Source: Chlamydiota bacterium
GTDB lineage: Bacteria > Chlamydiota > Chlamydiia > Chlamydiales > Parachlamydiaceae
Assembly: GCA_013285965.1 (NCBI GenBank)
Contig: JABDGQ010000002.1
Coordinates: forward strand, 63,454-127,453
Reading direction: 5' to 3'
Length of the DNA stretch: 64,000 nucleotides
The notes beneath the pieces are model-generated. The model was given only the letters and a program-made list of their open reading frames with translations, had not been told where the DNA came from and searched no databases. Below, one piece after another: positions 19,560 to 29,065 of the stretch (position 1 is the stretch's first letter; each line of letters opens with the position of its first letter). A program made the position numbers and the translations under genes.

Positions 19560-19801
19560 AATTAACTCATTTTAAAATAATTGTGCCGTTATGGAACAAA
19601 AATGAATAAACATATTTGCGAACCGGACTTTGATTAGCAAAATAGACAATTTTTAAATAGACAAATGAAATTGTCCAAAGATGGATAACGCTAAATATGC
19701 AATATTTTTTGTTTTAATTCCATCATTTTTTTTTGTTAAATTTTAACACTCTTTAATAAATACTTCTTTTAATTTAAATTTAAAGACATTATAAAAATAA
19801 T

Positions 19802-19830
19802 TTGACTTTATAATAAAAATGAAATAAATT
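19802..19830 (+). promoter_or_regulatory. Candidate sigma-70/66-type promoter for the repeat-protein gene
   Basis: TTGACT (19802-19807), a 17-nt spacer and TAAATT (19825-19830), about 70 nt upstream of the ATG at 19903. The AT-rich context makes chance matches likely. Confidence 0.3.
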
Positions 19831-19902
19831 TAATTTAAGAGTATGTATTATTATTGTAGATAGGTGAATTAGATCTATTAATTACATTAATGTGAGGTTT
19901 GT

Positions 19903-21750
19903 ATGTCATTACAAATTTTTACTCGCGATCCAGGTTTTATCGGCGATTTGCCTAAAGATACAGCCGAAGAAGAAGTATTAATGAGTGAAGAAGGACTCAC
20001 TGTAGCGCAAGAAGCCATCAAAGGTGGACTAAAAAACCACGAAGTAGGGGAAAAGGTATTAGGATTGCAAGAGCTTAATCAAGATGTGCTTTCTAAACTT
20101 TACAGGCAAGCGCAAGCTTTAAAGTCTTCTGTTTCAGAACAATTTGAAAGATTGTCAAATGGGGCACTAAAATTAGCTCGGGAATTGCAATTAGCTACTA
20201 CTAAACCTGAGTTAGATAAATTTAAGGAAGAGTTTGAAGATGACATGGAAACAGTATTCAATGAGTTGAGTTGGCGTTTAGATGAAGTATCGGATGATTT
20301 AATTTATTTTGCCAATCGGCCTGAGATAAAAAAATTAAAAATTTTGGTTAGTAGAATCCTTTCAAAATTATTAGATGGTTTAAATGAAATTGGCAATGAT
20401 TTGAGAAAAAGTGAAGGAGTGCAAAAATTAGAAGAATTGCACGGACAAATCAATAATATGGTTGAGACATGTCTTGAGCCATTAAGTGAAATTATGGAAG
20501 AAATCTCTGCTGATCTGGAAGAGATTGCAGATAGCCCTGAGGCTAAATTTTTGGTAAACACTATTGACCAAATGTTTGAGTTAATCTCAAACCGCATGGT
20601 CAAAATAGAAGCTCATTTGCGTCAGATCGATGTATTGGAAAAAATGTCTCAACTACGAATCGGCATTGAAAAGATGTTGACACCACTTTCTAAAGGTTTA
20701 GAAAAATTAGCTAATGAATTGCATAAAGCTAGTTCTGGAGCAGAAATAGCAAAATTACAAGCCCTTGGTGCACAAATAATTGAAAATCTTAATGGTGGGA
20801 TTCATAAACTGGAAGATAATTTGCGAGAAAGCGGTATATTGCATAAAATTGAATCTCTTAAAACCAGTATTGAAGAATTGATTGCCCCCATTTTAAAAGA
20901 TCTGCATAAAATGGCTGCAAAGATGCATCAAGCCTTGCCAGATACTGAAAAATTGCAGGCTGCGGCAGATAAAATGCTCAAAAAATTATCAAAAGAAATG
21001 AATAAACTGGAAAGCTCTCTAAGAGAAGGTGGGGCAGAAGTCAAAATAAAAGAATTGCAAACTGGCATTGGAAAAATGCTAGAGCCATTGACTAATAGTT
21101 TGCAAAAATTAGGACAAGAATTACAGCACGCCGCGGCCAGGCCAGAGGTGCAAAAATTGCAAACCGATGCCCATAAAATGATGCAAGTTCTTTCTAAAGG
21201 TTTGCGCAAATTTGAAAATGATTTGCGACAAACTGAAGTAATACAAAAAATGGAAATTGGCTTTGCCGCTATTGAAATAATTTTTGAAGATATTTCTGTA
21301 GCTTTGCAGAAACTAATTAGAGATTTAGAGTCGGCTTTACATCGACCTGACGTACAACGATTAAAGACAGTAGTTAGCAAACTTCCTGCGATGATGGTAA
21401 AAAAATTTAACAAGCTTGAGGATGATCTTCGTAGCATTGATATAGGGGAAAAAATTGAAGCTGTAATGACTAGAGTTCAAGAAATTCTCGATCCACTAGT
21501 TGAGAATCTGAAAAAGTTAGCCGATGATATACAAACTGTAGCGGAACCAGAAATTGCCAAATTAAAAACACACATTGCCAAAATGGCTAGAACGGCTATT
21601 AAAGAGTTTGGTAAATTAAAAAATGAGATGCTTGAAATTGATGTTATGGAAAAATTACACGATGGTATTCAACAAATGCTTTCACCCCTTGCCAGTGGAT
21701 TGGAAAATTTAATAGATAAATTGCTCGAGCTCACTGCGGAAAATGAATAG
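19903..21750 (+). CDS. Orphan helical tandem-repeat protein (seven ~67-72 aa proline-punctuated repeats)
   Basis: 615-aa ORF with GAGG 7 nt upstream of the ATG. Each repeat starts with (R/S/E)P(E/D)..KL, has a central KLE(D/N)xLR and an internal xPL. Confidence 0.7.
   Translation: MSLQIFTRDPGFIGDLPKDTAEEEVLMSEEGLTVAQEAIKGGLKNHEVGEKVLGLQELNQDVLSKLYRQAQALKSSVSEQFERLSNGALKLARELQLATTKPELDKFKEEFEDDMETVFNELSWRLDEVSDDLIYFANRPEIKKLKILVSRILSKLLDGLNEIGNDLRKSEGVQKLEELHGQINNMVETCLEPLSEIMEEISADLEEIADSPEAKFLVNTIDQMFELISNRMVKIEAHLRQIDVLEKMSQLRIGIEKMLTPLSKGLEKLANELHKASSGAEIAKLQALGAQIIENLNGGIHKLEDNLRESGILHKIESLKTSIEELIAPILKDLHKMAAKMHQALPDTEKLQAAADKMLKKLSKEMNKLESSLREGGAEVKIKELQTGIGKMLEPLTNSLQKLGQELQHAAARPEVQKLQTDAHKMMQVLSKGLRKFENDLRQTEVIQKMEIGFAAIEIIFEDISVALQKLIRDLESALHRPDVQRLKTVVSKLPAMMVKKFNKLEDDLRSIDIGEKIEAVMTRVQEILDPLVENLKKLADDIQTVAEPEIAKLKTHIAKMARTAIKEFGKLKNEMLEIDVMEKLHDGIQQMLSPLASGLENLIDKLLELTAENE
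20317..21747 (+). repeat. Protein-level tandem repeat array (7 units, ~200 nt period) inside the 19903-21750 CDS
   Basis: Units start at residues 139 (RPEIKKL), 211 (SPEAKFL), 279 (GAEIAKL), 346 (PDTEKL), 413 (RPEVQKL), 481 (RPDVQRL) and 548 (EPEIAKL). Conservation is at the amino-acid level and the DNA has diverged. Confidence 0.75.
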
Positions 21751-21806
21751 ATTTGTTTGTAAAGAAATCTAATCACAAAATTATAGCTTTAAGCATTGAG
21801 GTAAGT

Positions 21807-22565
21807 ATGAGTTATGATGCAGGGAATACTAGTGCAAGTAGACCTATCTGGGGTAGCTTCGATAGCCCAATTGAGGTTGATTCGCCAGAAGGGGGAGGAG
21901 AGGTTAGTGAAGTTGCACGAGAAAATTTAGCAAAAACTAATACTGGAGCGCAAAGAGAATTAGGGGAAGCTCGAGCATCGTTAATAATTCCCGAAGAAGG
22001 TCTTGAAGAGGTTCATCTAGAACCCGAAGAAGGTCTTAAAGAGGTTCAAAGTGTAGCTGCTACAGCTGATGCTGTAGCGGCACAAGCCAATATAAGGGTT
22101 GAATCTCCTGAATACATTCAATTCAAAAATAGCATGCAAGAACAATTAAATTCTTTAAAATCTCTAGCTGAAGAAGCGCATGTTAAATTGACAAATGCCT
22201 TAAAAAGTTTAGCAAACGTCGGAGATAATATACAAAAAATGGCTGATGATTTTTTTACAAAATTTTTACAAAACTTAGACGAATTAGCTACTAAACTTGC
22301 CACTAAATCTCCTAAGATAGTGCAATTTTCAACTGCTATAGTTAAAATGATTAATAGTGTTGATGATTTTATGAAAGATATGTCTTATGATATAGAAGAA
22401 TGGGTGGATGATATCAAAAACAAAGTTATATCTGATGATATAGAAGATTGGGTGGATGATATCAAAAACGCAGAGACTCTTTATCAAAAATTTCAAGCAA
22501 TATTTGGACCTCTATTAGGTAAATTGGAGAGTATAGTAGAGAAATTCCAACCAGTAACTGGGTAA
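21807..22565 (+). CDS. Orphan acidic protein with two internal in-frame duplications
   Basis: ATG at 21807 with GAGG 6 nt upstream. The track ORF begins at 21753, 3 nt after the upstream stop. Highly acidic, with no known motif. Confidence 0.55.
   Translation: MSYDAGNTSASRPIWGSFDSPIEVDSPEGGGEVSEVARENLAKTNTGAQRELGEARASLIIPEEGLEEVHLEPEEGLKEVQSVAATADAVAAQANIRVESPEYIQFKNSMQEQLNSLKSLAEEAHVKLTNALKSLANVGDNIQKMADDFFTKFLQNLDELATKLATKSPKIVQFSTAIVKMINSVDDFMKDMSYDIEEWVDDIKNKVISDDIEDWVDDIKNAETLYQKFQAIFGPLLGKLESIVEKFQPVTG
21990..22048 (+). repeat. 33-nt tandem duplication (PEEGLEEVHLE / PEEGLKEVQ)
   Basis: cccgaagaaggtcttgaagaggttca at 21990 is repeated as cccgaagaaggtcttaaagaggttca at 22023. Confidence 0.85.
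22389..22469 (+). repeat. 48-nt-period duplication (DIEEWVDDIKN / DIEDWVDDIKN)
   Basis: gatatagaagaatgggtggatgatatcaaaaac at 22389 and gatatagaagattgggtggatgatatcaaaaac at 22437 match at 32 of 33 positions. Confidence 0.85.
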
Positions 22566-22572
22566 AGATGAA

Positions 22573-22974
22573 TTATTTAATGTTAGGAGTGCCAATGTCT
22601 TCTTCACCACTTTTACTTTTTTCTTTGACTTCATTAGCTAATTGCTCGTAAGACTGGTGTATTTCTTCTAATTCTTCATCGGATAATTCTTCTACTTTTA
22701 AAAGTCGATTGTGAGCGCCATAAATAGAGCGTATAATCTCATCTAATTTTAAGTGGATGGCAATGGTATCTCTGTTTTGAGTATTTTGTAATAGAAAGAC
22801 CATTAAAAAGATGATTATGGTGCTGGCGGTGTTTATAAAAAGTTGCCAAGATTCGCTAAAATCAAAAACAGGTCCTAATAAACCCCATATTATTACTATT
22901 AAAAAGGCTATTAAAAAGGCGCGTGGATTGCCTAATCTAGCCGAGATCCATTTAGCGAATTTGGAGAAAATCAC
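22573..22974 (-). CDS. Low-affinity iron permease family membrane protein
   Basis: GNPRAFLIAFLIVIIWGLLGPVFDFSESWQLFINTASTIIIFLMVFLLQNTQNRD...HLKLDEIIR matches the family signature (WQL.INT....FLMVFL.QNTQNRD). Confidence 0.7.
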   Translation of the reverse strand: MIFSKFAKWISARLGNPRAFLIAFLIVIIWGLLGPVFDFSESWQLFINTASTIIIFLMVFLLQNTQNRDTIAIHLKLDEIIRSIYGAHNRLLKVEELSDEELEEIHQSYEQLANEVKEKSKSGEEDIGTPNIK

Positions 22975-23009
22975 ATTTATTCCTTAACTTGCCTTCCTAT
23001 TCAATAAAT

Positions 23010-23040
23010 ATCAATTTTTCCAAAAAAGCCAGTTTCCAAA
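23010..23040. repeat. Family A-related dispersed repeat (variant copy)
   Basis: atcaatttttccaaaaaagccagtttccaaa matches the reverse complement of 63967-63998 (atcaatttttccaaaaaaagccaatttcgaaa) at about 29 of 32 positions. Confidence 0.65.
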
Positions 23041-23068
23041 TGAGTGTAATCGACAAAGGTAAAAAAAC

Positions 23069-24484
23069 TCAAACTTTAGTTAATACTACTATGTTTTCTA
23101 CATGCAGGGTATGGGGAAATTGATCGACTGGTTGCACTGTTTTTAGTTTGTAACCGTTCTCGATTATAGGTATTAAATTGGCGGCCTGTGTATTTGGATT
23201 GCAGGAAACATAGACTAGCGTTTTAGCTTTTAATGCCAGAATGTTGCTAATCGCTTTTAGATCTAATCCCGCGCGTGGGGGATCTACCAGAACAATGTCA
23301 GGTGGCGATTCTTGTAGTGTATTTAAAACCGCCCCCACATCTCCTTGATAAATAACTATATTCTCTCTTTGATTGTGTTTAATATTTTCTTTGGCATCAA
23401 GTACTGATTCAGGGACCAATTCAATGCCAATTACTTTTTTCACCCGATGTGCTAAACACAAGCCGAGAGTCCCTGTGCCACAATAAAGATCAAAAAGAAC
23501 TTTATTTTCAATATCATCACAGCTGAGTGCTTGTAAAATGTGACTGTATAATTTTTCGGCTTGGCGCGTATTTGGTTGTAAAAATGCAGTTGGACTGACT
23601 TGTAAATATATTTTTTGCTGATCTATATTCAATTCTTCTAGAATATGATCTTTACCATATAAAATCATCTCATAAAACTGTGTGGGTTGCTTTTTAGCAA
23701 CTTGTTGTATGCGCAAGACAATAGATAGTTGATAAAGACCTCCTTCTTCAAGATTTTGGCGCATCATGGCCACAAAAGTTTGCAATTGCTGCTTTGTCAA
23801 AGCATAGTCGGCATTGCCTGAGACGGTTAGGATAACCATACGATCACCTGTCCGCTCACCACAACGCACTGTTAGTGTACGCAATGCACCAGTATCATGC
23901 ATAGGATGATAGGCCTCCAAATCCATATCGACCCACCATTTGGTGGTGGCATTGAGCGCTTCTACCATCCAGGGATGTCCTAAATGACATTCTGTGAGCT
24001 GAAATACATGACCGCGCGTATTAAAGAGTATTAATCCTAAATAACGCTTACCGGCTTTATCACTGGAGAAGGAGAATTCTAGTTTATTGCGATAATGCCA
24101 AGGTGGATCGCAGGCAATGATAGGGTGAAATACTGTTTCTTTGTTAAAATGTGCTTGTAAAAGAGCTTTTACTAAACGCTCTTTTTGTTGCAATTGCTCT
24201 TGGTAGGGGATATGTTGCCAACGGCAACCACCACACTTTCCAAAGTGCACGCAACGTGGAGTGCTACGTGCCTTTGAAAGACTCAGCCAGGTAATTTCAT
24301 TGCTACGATATTTGTTGATTTTGCGCTTGCGTAACTGTACCAATACTCGATCACCAGGGCAAGCAAAGGGGATTTGGACGGCAATCGATTGGCCTTGTCC
24401 ATTTTGTGCAATACCTAATCCATCGCCATCTGTCGCAAAATCAGTGATTTCTATTTCAGTGTCAGGAGTGTTGCTATTAGTCAT
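23069..24484 (-). CDS. rlmD: 23S rRNA (uracil-5)-methyltransferase RlmD/RumA family (TRAM + Fe-S + MTase)
   Basis: Cys cluster CVHFGKCGGCRWQH, SAM motif DLYCGTGTLGL, VDPPRAG and VYVSCNP. Confidence 0.85.
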   Translation of the reverse strand: MTNSNTPDTEIEITDFATDGDGLGIAQNGQGQSIAVQIPFACPGDRVLVQLRKRKINKYRSNEITWLSLSKARSTPRCVHFGKCGGCRWQHIPYQEQLQQKERLVKALLQAHFNKETVFHPIIACDPPWHYRNKLEFSFSSDKAGKRYLGLILFNTRGHVFQLTECHLGHPWMVEALNATTKWWVDMDLEAYHPMHDTGALRTLTVRCGERTGDRMVILTVSGNADYALTKQQLQTFVAMMRQNLEEGGLYQLSIVLRIQQVAKKQPTQFYEMILYGKDHILEELNIDQQKIYLQVSPTAFLQPNTRQAEKLYSHILQALSCDDIENKVLFDLYCGTGTLGLCLAHRVKKVIGIELVPESVLDAKENIKHNQRENIVIYQGDVGAVLNTLQESPPDIVLVDPPRAGLDLKAISNILALKAKTLVYVSCNPNTQAANLIPIIENGYKLKTVQPVDQFPHTLHVENIVVLTKV

Positions 24485-24518
24485 AAATAAATGTCTGCAG
24501 TTGTCAGATTTGTAACCT

Positions 24519-24941
24519 TTAAATGATAATCAGGGCAAATACAAAAGCAAACAATGCAAACGACTCGATAATACCAATGGCGGCAAAGCACTTTCCATAT
24601 ACACTGGGTTGTTTTAAGCTTGCCTGAATACCTGTAGCGCACACTTTGCCCTGATAAATAGAAGAAAATAACAATGCTGTGCCTGAAAACAGGCCAATTG
24701 CAATGGCAGAAACAGGCGATAAAGTGCCGCCTAAAATAGCTTTTTGCATTTGCAACATTAATAAAAATCCATAAATAACTTGCGATGAAGGGGCTGCAGC
24801 CATACCGATAAACTTACCATGTCCTTCTTCGGTGCGGCTCATGGCAGCATGAGAAGCAGATCCTGCAATCCAACAGCCAATACTACATCCAATACAACTC
24901 AATCCTAAGGCAATGGCCGGACCCACCATGTTAAAATCCAT
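24519..24941 (-). CDS. atpK: V-type ATP synthase subunit K (proteolipid)
   Basis: 140-aa glycine-rich four-helix hydrophobic protein at the end of the V-ATPase operon. AGGAGAA lies upstream of the ATG. Confidence 0.85.
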   Translation of the reverse strand: MDFNMVGPAIALGLSCIGCSIGCWIAGSASHAAMSRTEEGHGKFIGMAAAPSSQVIYGFLLMLQMQKAILGGTLSPVSAIAIGLFSGTALLFSSIYQGKVCATGIQASLKQPSVYGKCFAAIGIIESFALFAFVFALIII

Positions 24942-24964
24942 ACAACTTCTCCTGTTGTGTTATC

Positions 24965-24986
24965 ATTAGACTTCTTTGTAAAATTC
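24965..24986 (-). repeat. Family A half-site in the atpI-atpK spacer
   Basis: attagacttctttgtaaaattc, compared with attagacttctttcgaaattac at 38745. Confidence 0.6.
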
Positions 24987-25100
24987 TATCAGATGCTCAA
25001 ATACTAATTTCATCAATCAAGCTTCCCTCAAACTACATAAAACTAACTAAATGAAGAAATAACAGCTATTGCATAATCAATTTATCGAAAATCTGTTTCT

Positions 25101-27044
25101 TTATTTGCTCTTTGGGGTAGGGTGAGCTTTTAATAACTTAAGGGGGCGGAATGGTTTACCACCGCCTTCAAATGAATAATGGTACCACTCTAAAAAATTA
25201 AGACGCAAACCGTGTATTACAGCACTCATGGTACACAAAACCATATTTACAAAATGAGCAATTACTACTAGTAATATTCCTAAAAGTAGCGGCATAGCAC
25301 TTGCAAATTCATTGATAGTCGCTCCAACCAACGCTCCTGATAAGCCCAGCGCATAGAGGCGTAGATATGACAATGTATCTGCAAAAACTTGAATCACTAC
25401 TGTAATCTCAAAAATACCAGTCCAGCCATGTTGAATTATTCCCATTATCCACGCAATTGCTAAGCCACTTAAGAGTAGTTGTAGGCCTACTTGGCCACCT
25501 TTAGCTAAATTAATATCAAAAACATAATTCAGTAAGCTTGGTACTTCTAAATAATAAGGAAAATAAAGGTAAGCACCGATCAAAAACAACATCCACCCCA
25601 CTGAAGACCAAATGCGCAGAGCATAACGACTCATGGAAAGCAATAAATGGACCACTCCCACAAACAAAGCTAATTCAAACATAATGTTGTCAGTTAGGGC
25701 ATTAAGTATTTCATAATTTCCAGTGGCGTCCCCAGAAGGTGTAAAGCTAACCAAGGCGTATGGATTAGTGGCGTTTTCTAATTCGGGATAATCTTTGAGC
25801 CACGACTGATAGGTGCTATCTTTAGTGTGCATATGATAGGCTGCTTTTTTTTCAGCTAACCAATGCAACAAAGAAACTTTACGAAGTGGGTTGTTAGGAG
25901 CAATTTGCATGCCAAAAAATGAGGTCATCAACGTACCCCAAATCACACAACCTGTAAACAAAATAGTGCATAAATTTAAAATGCGTTTTTTCAAACCAGC
26001 CATTTTAGGATATTTATAGCGCAAAAATAGGGCTATTACTAAATAAATTAGCCCATAGCCGGCATCGCCAATAATAAAAGAAAAAAACAATGTAAAACCA
26101 AACAACACCCACACTGATGGATCGTTATCAGTTGCCGAAGGGGTATCATAAATATGTACTAAGTCTTCTCCTAAGCGTGCAACGCCATGATTTTGTAAAC
26201 AAGTTACCGGTACATCAGACTTGTCAAGAGCGATTTCTTCATGGTAAACATCTAAATTTTCAAGCATATCATCGATGGCATGTATTTTATTGGCTGGGAC
26301 CCAACCTTCTACGGCAAAAAGGGCACCATCCATTGTTTGCGTAACGTAGTTGTGTACGGTATTTAAATTAGCTTTATTCATTTTATCGATTAAAACGCGA
26401 TGCAACATGTCGTTGTATTTTGCATATTCTTTCAATACTGCGCCAAATTGCCGTAATTGGGTATGCACCTGCATTTCTTGCTTTGCAAGCGTGTTTAGAG
26501 AGCTCTCAAAATGCATTTCTGTAAGTTGTGGATGGCTAAAAGGTGCATGATTTATGCCAATATAATAATCTAGGCCATGTGCTGTGCTAACAAAAAGTAT
26601 TTCATTTGGTACAGGTGTGTCATGGAAAGCAGTTTGACGGGCTGAAAAAAATTGAAAATAACATTGTCCTTGTTGCTCAATATTGGAAATATCTTCTAAA
26701 GAAAAATCGCCAAAAGGGGCGATGCGAGAAATCTCGATATTTAATATGCGCTGTTCTTCTTGTAGATTTTGGATTTTGAGCTGGTCCTCTAAAATATTAG
26801 TAATGATCTTATCAAGTGAGTATTCACTTTCATCACCTTCTAATTGCTCCTGTACAGGTAAAGAGCGTAGGATTTTAATCGCCTTTAAAACTCGCTCTAT
26901 CTCTTCAGGTATGATTTGTGGGGAATTTGCTTGCGGATCAATAAAATGAATCAAGCCATGGCTTTGCGATTTTTTAAAAAAGGCATTTTTATCTTCTGCT
27001 ACGCCGATAAATAGAATTTTTTTTACATCCTCACGCATCCTCAA
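25101..27044 (-). CDS. atpI: V-type ATP synthase subunit I
   Basis: 647 aa with a soluble N-terminal half and a polytopic C-terminal half (LSYLRLYALGLSG motif). Positioned between atpD and atpK. Confidence 0.85.
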   Translation of the reverse strand: MRMREDVKKILFIGVAEDKNAFFKKSQSHGLIHFIDPQANSPQIIPEEIERVLKAIKILRSLPVQEQLEGDESEYSLDKIITNILEDQLKIQNLQEEQRILNIEISRIAPFGDFSLEDISNIEQQGQCYFQFFSARQTAFHDTPVPNEILFVSTAHGLDYYIGINHAPFSHPQLTEMHFESSLNTLAKQEMQVHTQLRQFGAVLKEYAKYNDMLHRVLIDKMNKANLNTVHNYVTQTMDGALFAVEGWVPANKIHAIDDMLENLDVYHEEIALDKSDVPVTCLQNHGVARLGEDLVHIYDTPSATDNDPSVWVLFGFTLFFSFIIGDAGYGLIYLVIALFLRYKYPKMAGLKKRILNLCTILFTGCVIWGTLMTSFFGMQIAPNNPLRKVSLLHWLAEKKAAYHMHTKDSTYQSWLKDYPELENATNPYALVSFTPSGDATGNYEILNALTDNIMFELALFVGVVHLLLSMSRYALRIWSSVGWMLFLIGAYLYFPYYLEVPSLLNYVFDINLAKGGQVGLQLLLSGLAIAWIMGIIQHGWTGIFEITVVIQVFADTLSYLRLYALGLSGALVGATINEFASAMPLLLGILLVVIAHFVNMVLCTMSAVIHGLRLNFLEWYHYSFEGGGKPFRPLKLLKAHPTPKSK

Positions 27045-27664
27045 GCCCTTTTGTACTTTACTGATTTATGAAGATCAATTTTCTTTTTAGCCACTTTAGC
27101 TCGTGCTACAGCGGCTAATTGTTGATCGGCTAAAGAAACTTTAATAACGCGAATGTACTCAGTAGCTCTTGGTATTAATATTTTTTCAAACAAATTTACC
27201 CGAATTGAAACTTCACGCAATTCTTTTTCAAGCGCCTGTAGTTGTTCTTGTCCAATCATTACCCGTTGATGCATAGTGACAAGCTCTCGTAAACCAACAA
27301 TCGCTCCATCCACCCATGCAGGAGTTTCAAAGAGGTTATATTTGAAATCGGCAAAAGTAATACCTTCAAAGAATGGAATCTCCGTCCCTGCGATGTTATC
27401 ATAGCGCTTGCTCACTTTTTCGATCACCACCGCCTTTAGCGGATCTATACTAGTCTGTGTGGCTAGTAGACCACTAAAACCTTGCACATATTGATGTTGT
27501 TTATTTTCTTGTTCTTGCAATTGGGCTATTTCGGTGCGTACATCATGCACTTGTAATTGCAGCATAGCTTTTTTTAATTGCAGGGTTGGCAAATATTTTT
27601 CTAATTGCATCAATTGATTTTGCTGATTGCGCAATTCGTTTTTTGTCAGTTTAACTTCAGCCAT
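27041..27664 (-). CDS. atpD: V-type ATP synthase subunit D
   Basis: MAEVKLTKNELRNQQNQLMQLEKYLPTLQLKK is the typical subunit D N-terminus. The start is set at the ATG at 27664, 2 nt after the atpB stop. The track ORF extends into atpB. Confidence 0.85.
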   Translation of the reverse strand: MAEVKLTKNELRNQQNQLMQLEKYLPTLQLKKAMLQLQVHDVRTEIAQLQEQENKQHQYVQGFSGLLATQTSIDPLKAVVIEKVSKRYDNIAGTEIPFFEGITFADFKYNLFETPAWVDGAIVGLRELVTMHQRVMIGQEQLQALEKELREVSIRVNLFEKILIPRATEYIRVIKVSLADQQLAAVARAKVAKKKIDLHKSVKYKRA

Positions 27665-27666
27665 AT

Positions 27667-28983
27667 TTAAGCCGCCACTTGTCCATTTTTTGGCCAAAAT
27701 TTGGTTACAATGTTTTGTTTGATGCCAACTTCTGTTGCTAAAAAACAATTAGCTAAAATTTCCCAGCCTAAATCAAGTGCTTCTTCTAAAGAATAGTTAA
27801 CCTCAAGACTCATCATCCGCTTTTCAAAGAGCTGGGCATAAGCGATCAACTTTTCATCCCATTTTGATAGTTTAAAGCCCATTGCTTGTCTTTCGTTTGC
27901 TTTTTTAGACTCGGCATAGAGGCGAATCATAGCATTGGCTAAGTCTCCATGATCCTCACGTGTTACCTTGCCGATTACCAATTGCTTTAAACGAGATAAT
28001 GATCCAAATGGATCAATTTGTCTGCCATGTAAATAAAATTGACCTTCGGTAATGTAACCAGTGTTATCAGGCACCGGATGGGTTACATCATCACCAGGCA
28101 TAGTTGTAACACCAATAATAGTAATCGAGCCGCTACCTTCAATCATCACGGCTTTTTCATAGCGTGCAGCTAAATCAGAATACAATGAACCTGGGTAACC
28201 TCGATTAGAGGGGACTTGATCCATTGTGATGGCAATTTCTTTAATAGCATCGGCAAAAGCTGTCATATCGGTTAATAAAACCAATACATTTTTGCCATCC
28301 GTTGCAAAGCGCTCAGCACAAGCTAAGGCCATATCTGGAACTAGCAAACACTCTACAGCTGGATCGGTAGCGCGATGCACAAACATTACCGTTTTGCTCA
28401 TCGAGCCGGCTGTTTCTGTATTATCGATAAAAGCTTGATACTCTTTGAAGGTCAAACCCATACCTCCAATAATAACTACGTCAGCATTCGTCTGATTAGC
28501 TATTCGCATGAGCAGGGCATTGTAAGGTTCACCAGCTACAGAAAATATTGGTATTTTTTGCGATTTCACTAAGCAATTAAATACATCAATCATCGGAATA
28601 TTTGTCCGTACCATTTCGCGCGGGATTATTCGTTTTACGGGATTAAAAGAGGTGCTGCCAATAGCTACATTTTCGCCGATTACTTGCGGGCCGTTATCGA
28701 TTGGTACACCAGCACCATTTAAACGTCTGCCTAGCAACGTTTCTCCGTAAACAGCTTGCATAGGGCGTTTTAAAAAAGTTACTTGGTCATCAGTTGAAAT
28801 GCCACGCGTATTTTGGAATACTTGCAGTGTGACCTGATCGCCTTCAATACGCAATACCGAAGCAAATACTTTTCGACCGTTTTTGAGGGTAATGATGGCT
28901 AATTCGCCCAATCCAACATCTTGTGCTGTGACGGTAATAAGATTACCACGCATGCTATTGATTTTACTATAAACAATCTTCAT
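27667..28983 (-). CDS. atpB: V-type ATP synthase subunit B
   Basis: 438 aa. Non-catalytic B-type nucleotide-site region [12 protein letters not shown] and [15 protein letters not shown]-like blocks ([18 protein letters not shown]). Confidence 0.95.
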   Translation of the reverse strand: MKIVYSKINSMRGNLITVTAQDVGLGELAIITLKNGRKVFASVLRIEGDQVTLQVFQNTRGISTDDQVTFLKRPMQAVYGETLLGRRLNGAGVPIDNGPQVIGENVAIGSTSFNPVKRIIPREMVRTNIPMIDVFNCLVKSQKIPIFSVAGEPYNALLMRIANQTNADVVIIGGMGLTFKEYQAFIDNTETAGSMSKTVMFVHRATDPAVECLLVPDMALACAERFATDGKNVLVLLTDMTAFADAIKEIAITMDQVPSNRGYPGSLYSDLAARYEKAVMIEGSGSITIIGVTTMPGDDVTHPVPDNTGYITEGQFYLHGRQIDPFGSLSRLKQLVIGKVTREDHGDLANAMIRLYAESKKANERQAMGFKLSKWDEKLIAYAQLFEKRMMSLEVNYSLEEALDLGWEILANCFLATEVGIKQNIVTKFWPKNGQVAA

Positions 28984-29065
28984 TGCCCCTCGCCGAGTCT
29001 TTAAGTTAATTTTTTCTTCTCAAGTATCTATACAGCAGATCTAATAAGAGGTTTGAGTGCCACTA

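Noticed and set aside
20928-21437. 169-aa ORF, together with a 99-aa ORF at 20304-20603, antisense to the repeat-protein gene.
   Set aside because: Both lie entirely inside the 615-aa CDS on the opposite strand. Their Ser/Cys/Phe-rich translations are the complement of K/E/L-rich coding sequence. They have no SD sequence or independent signals, so they are a compositional artefact.
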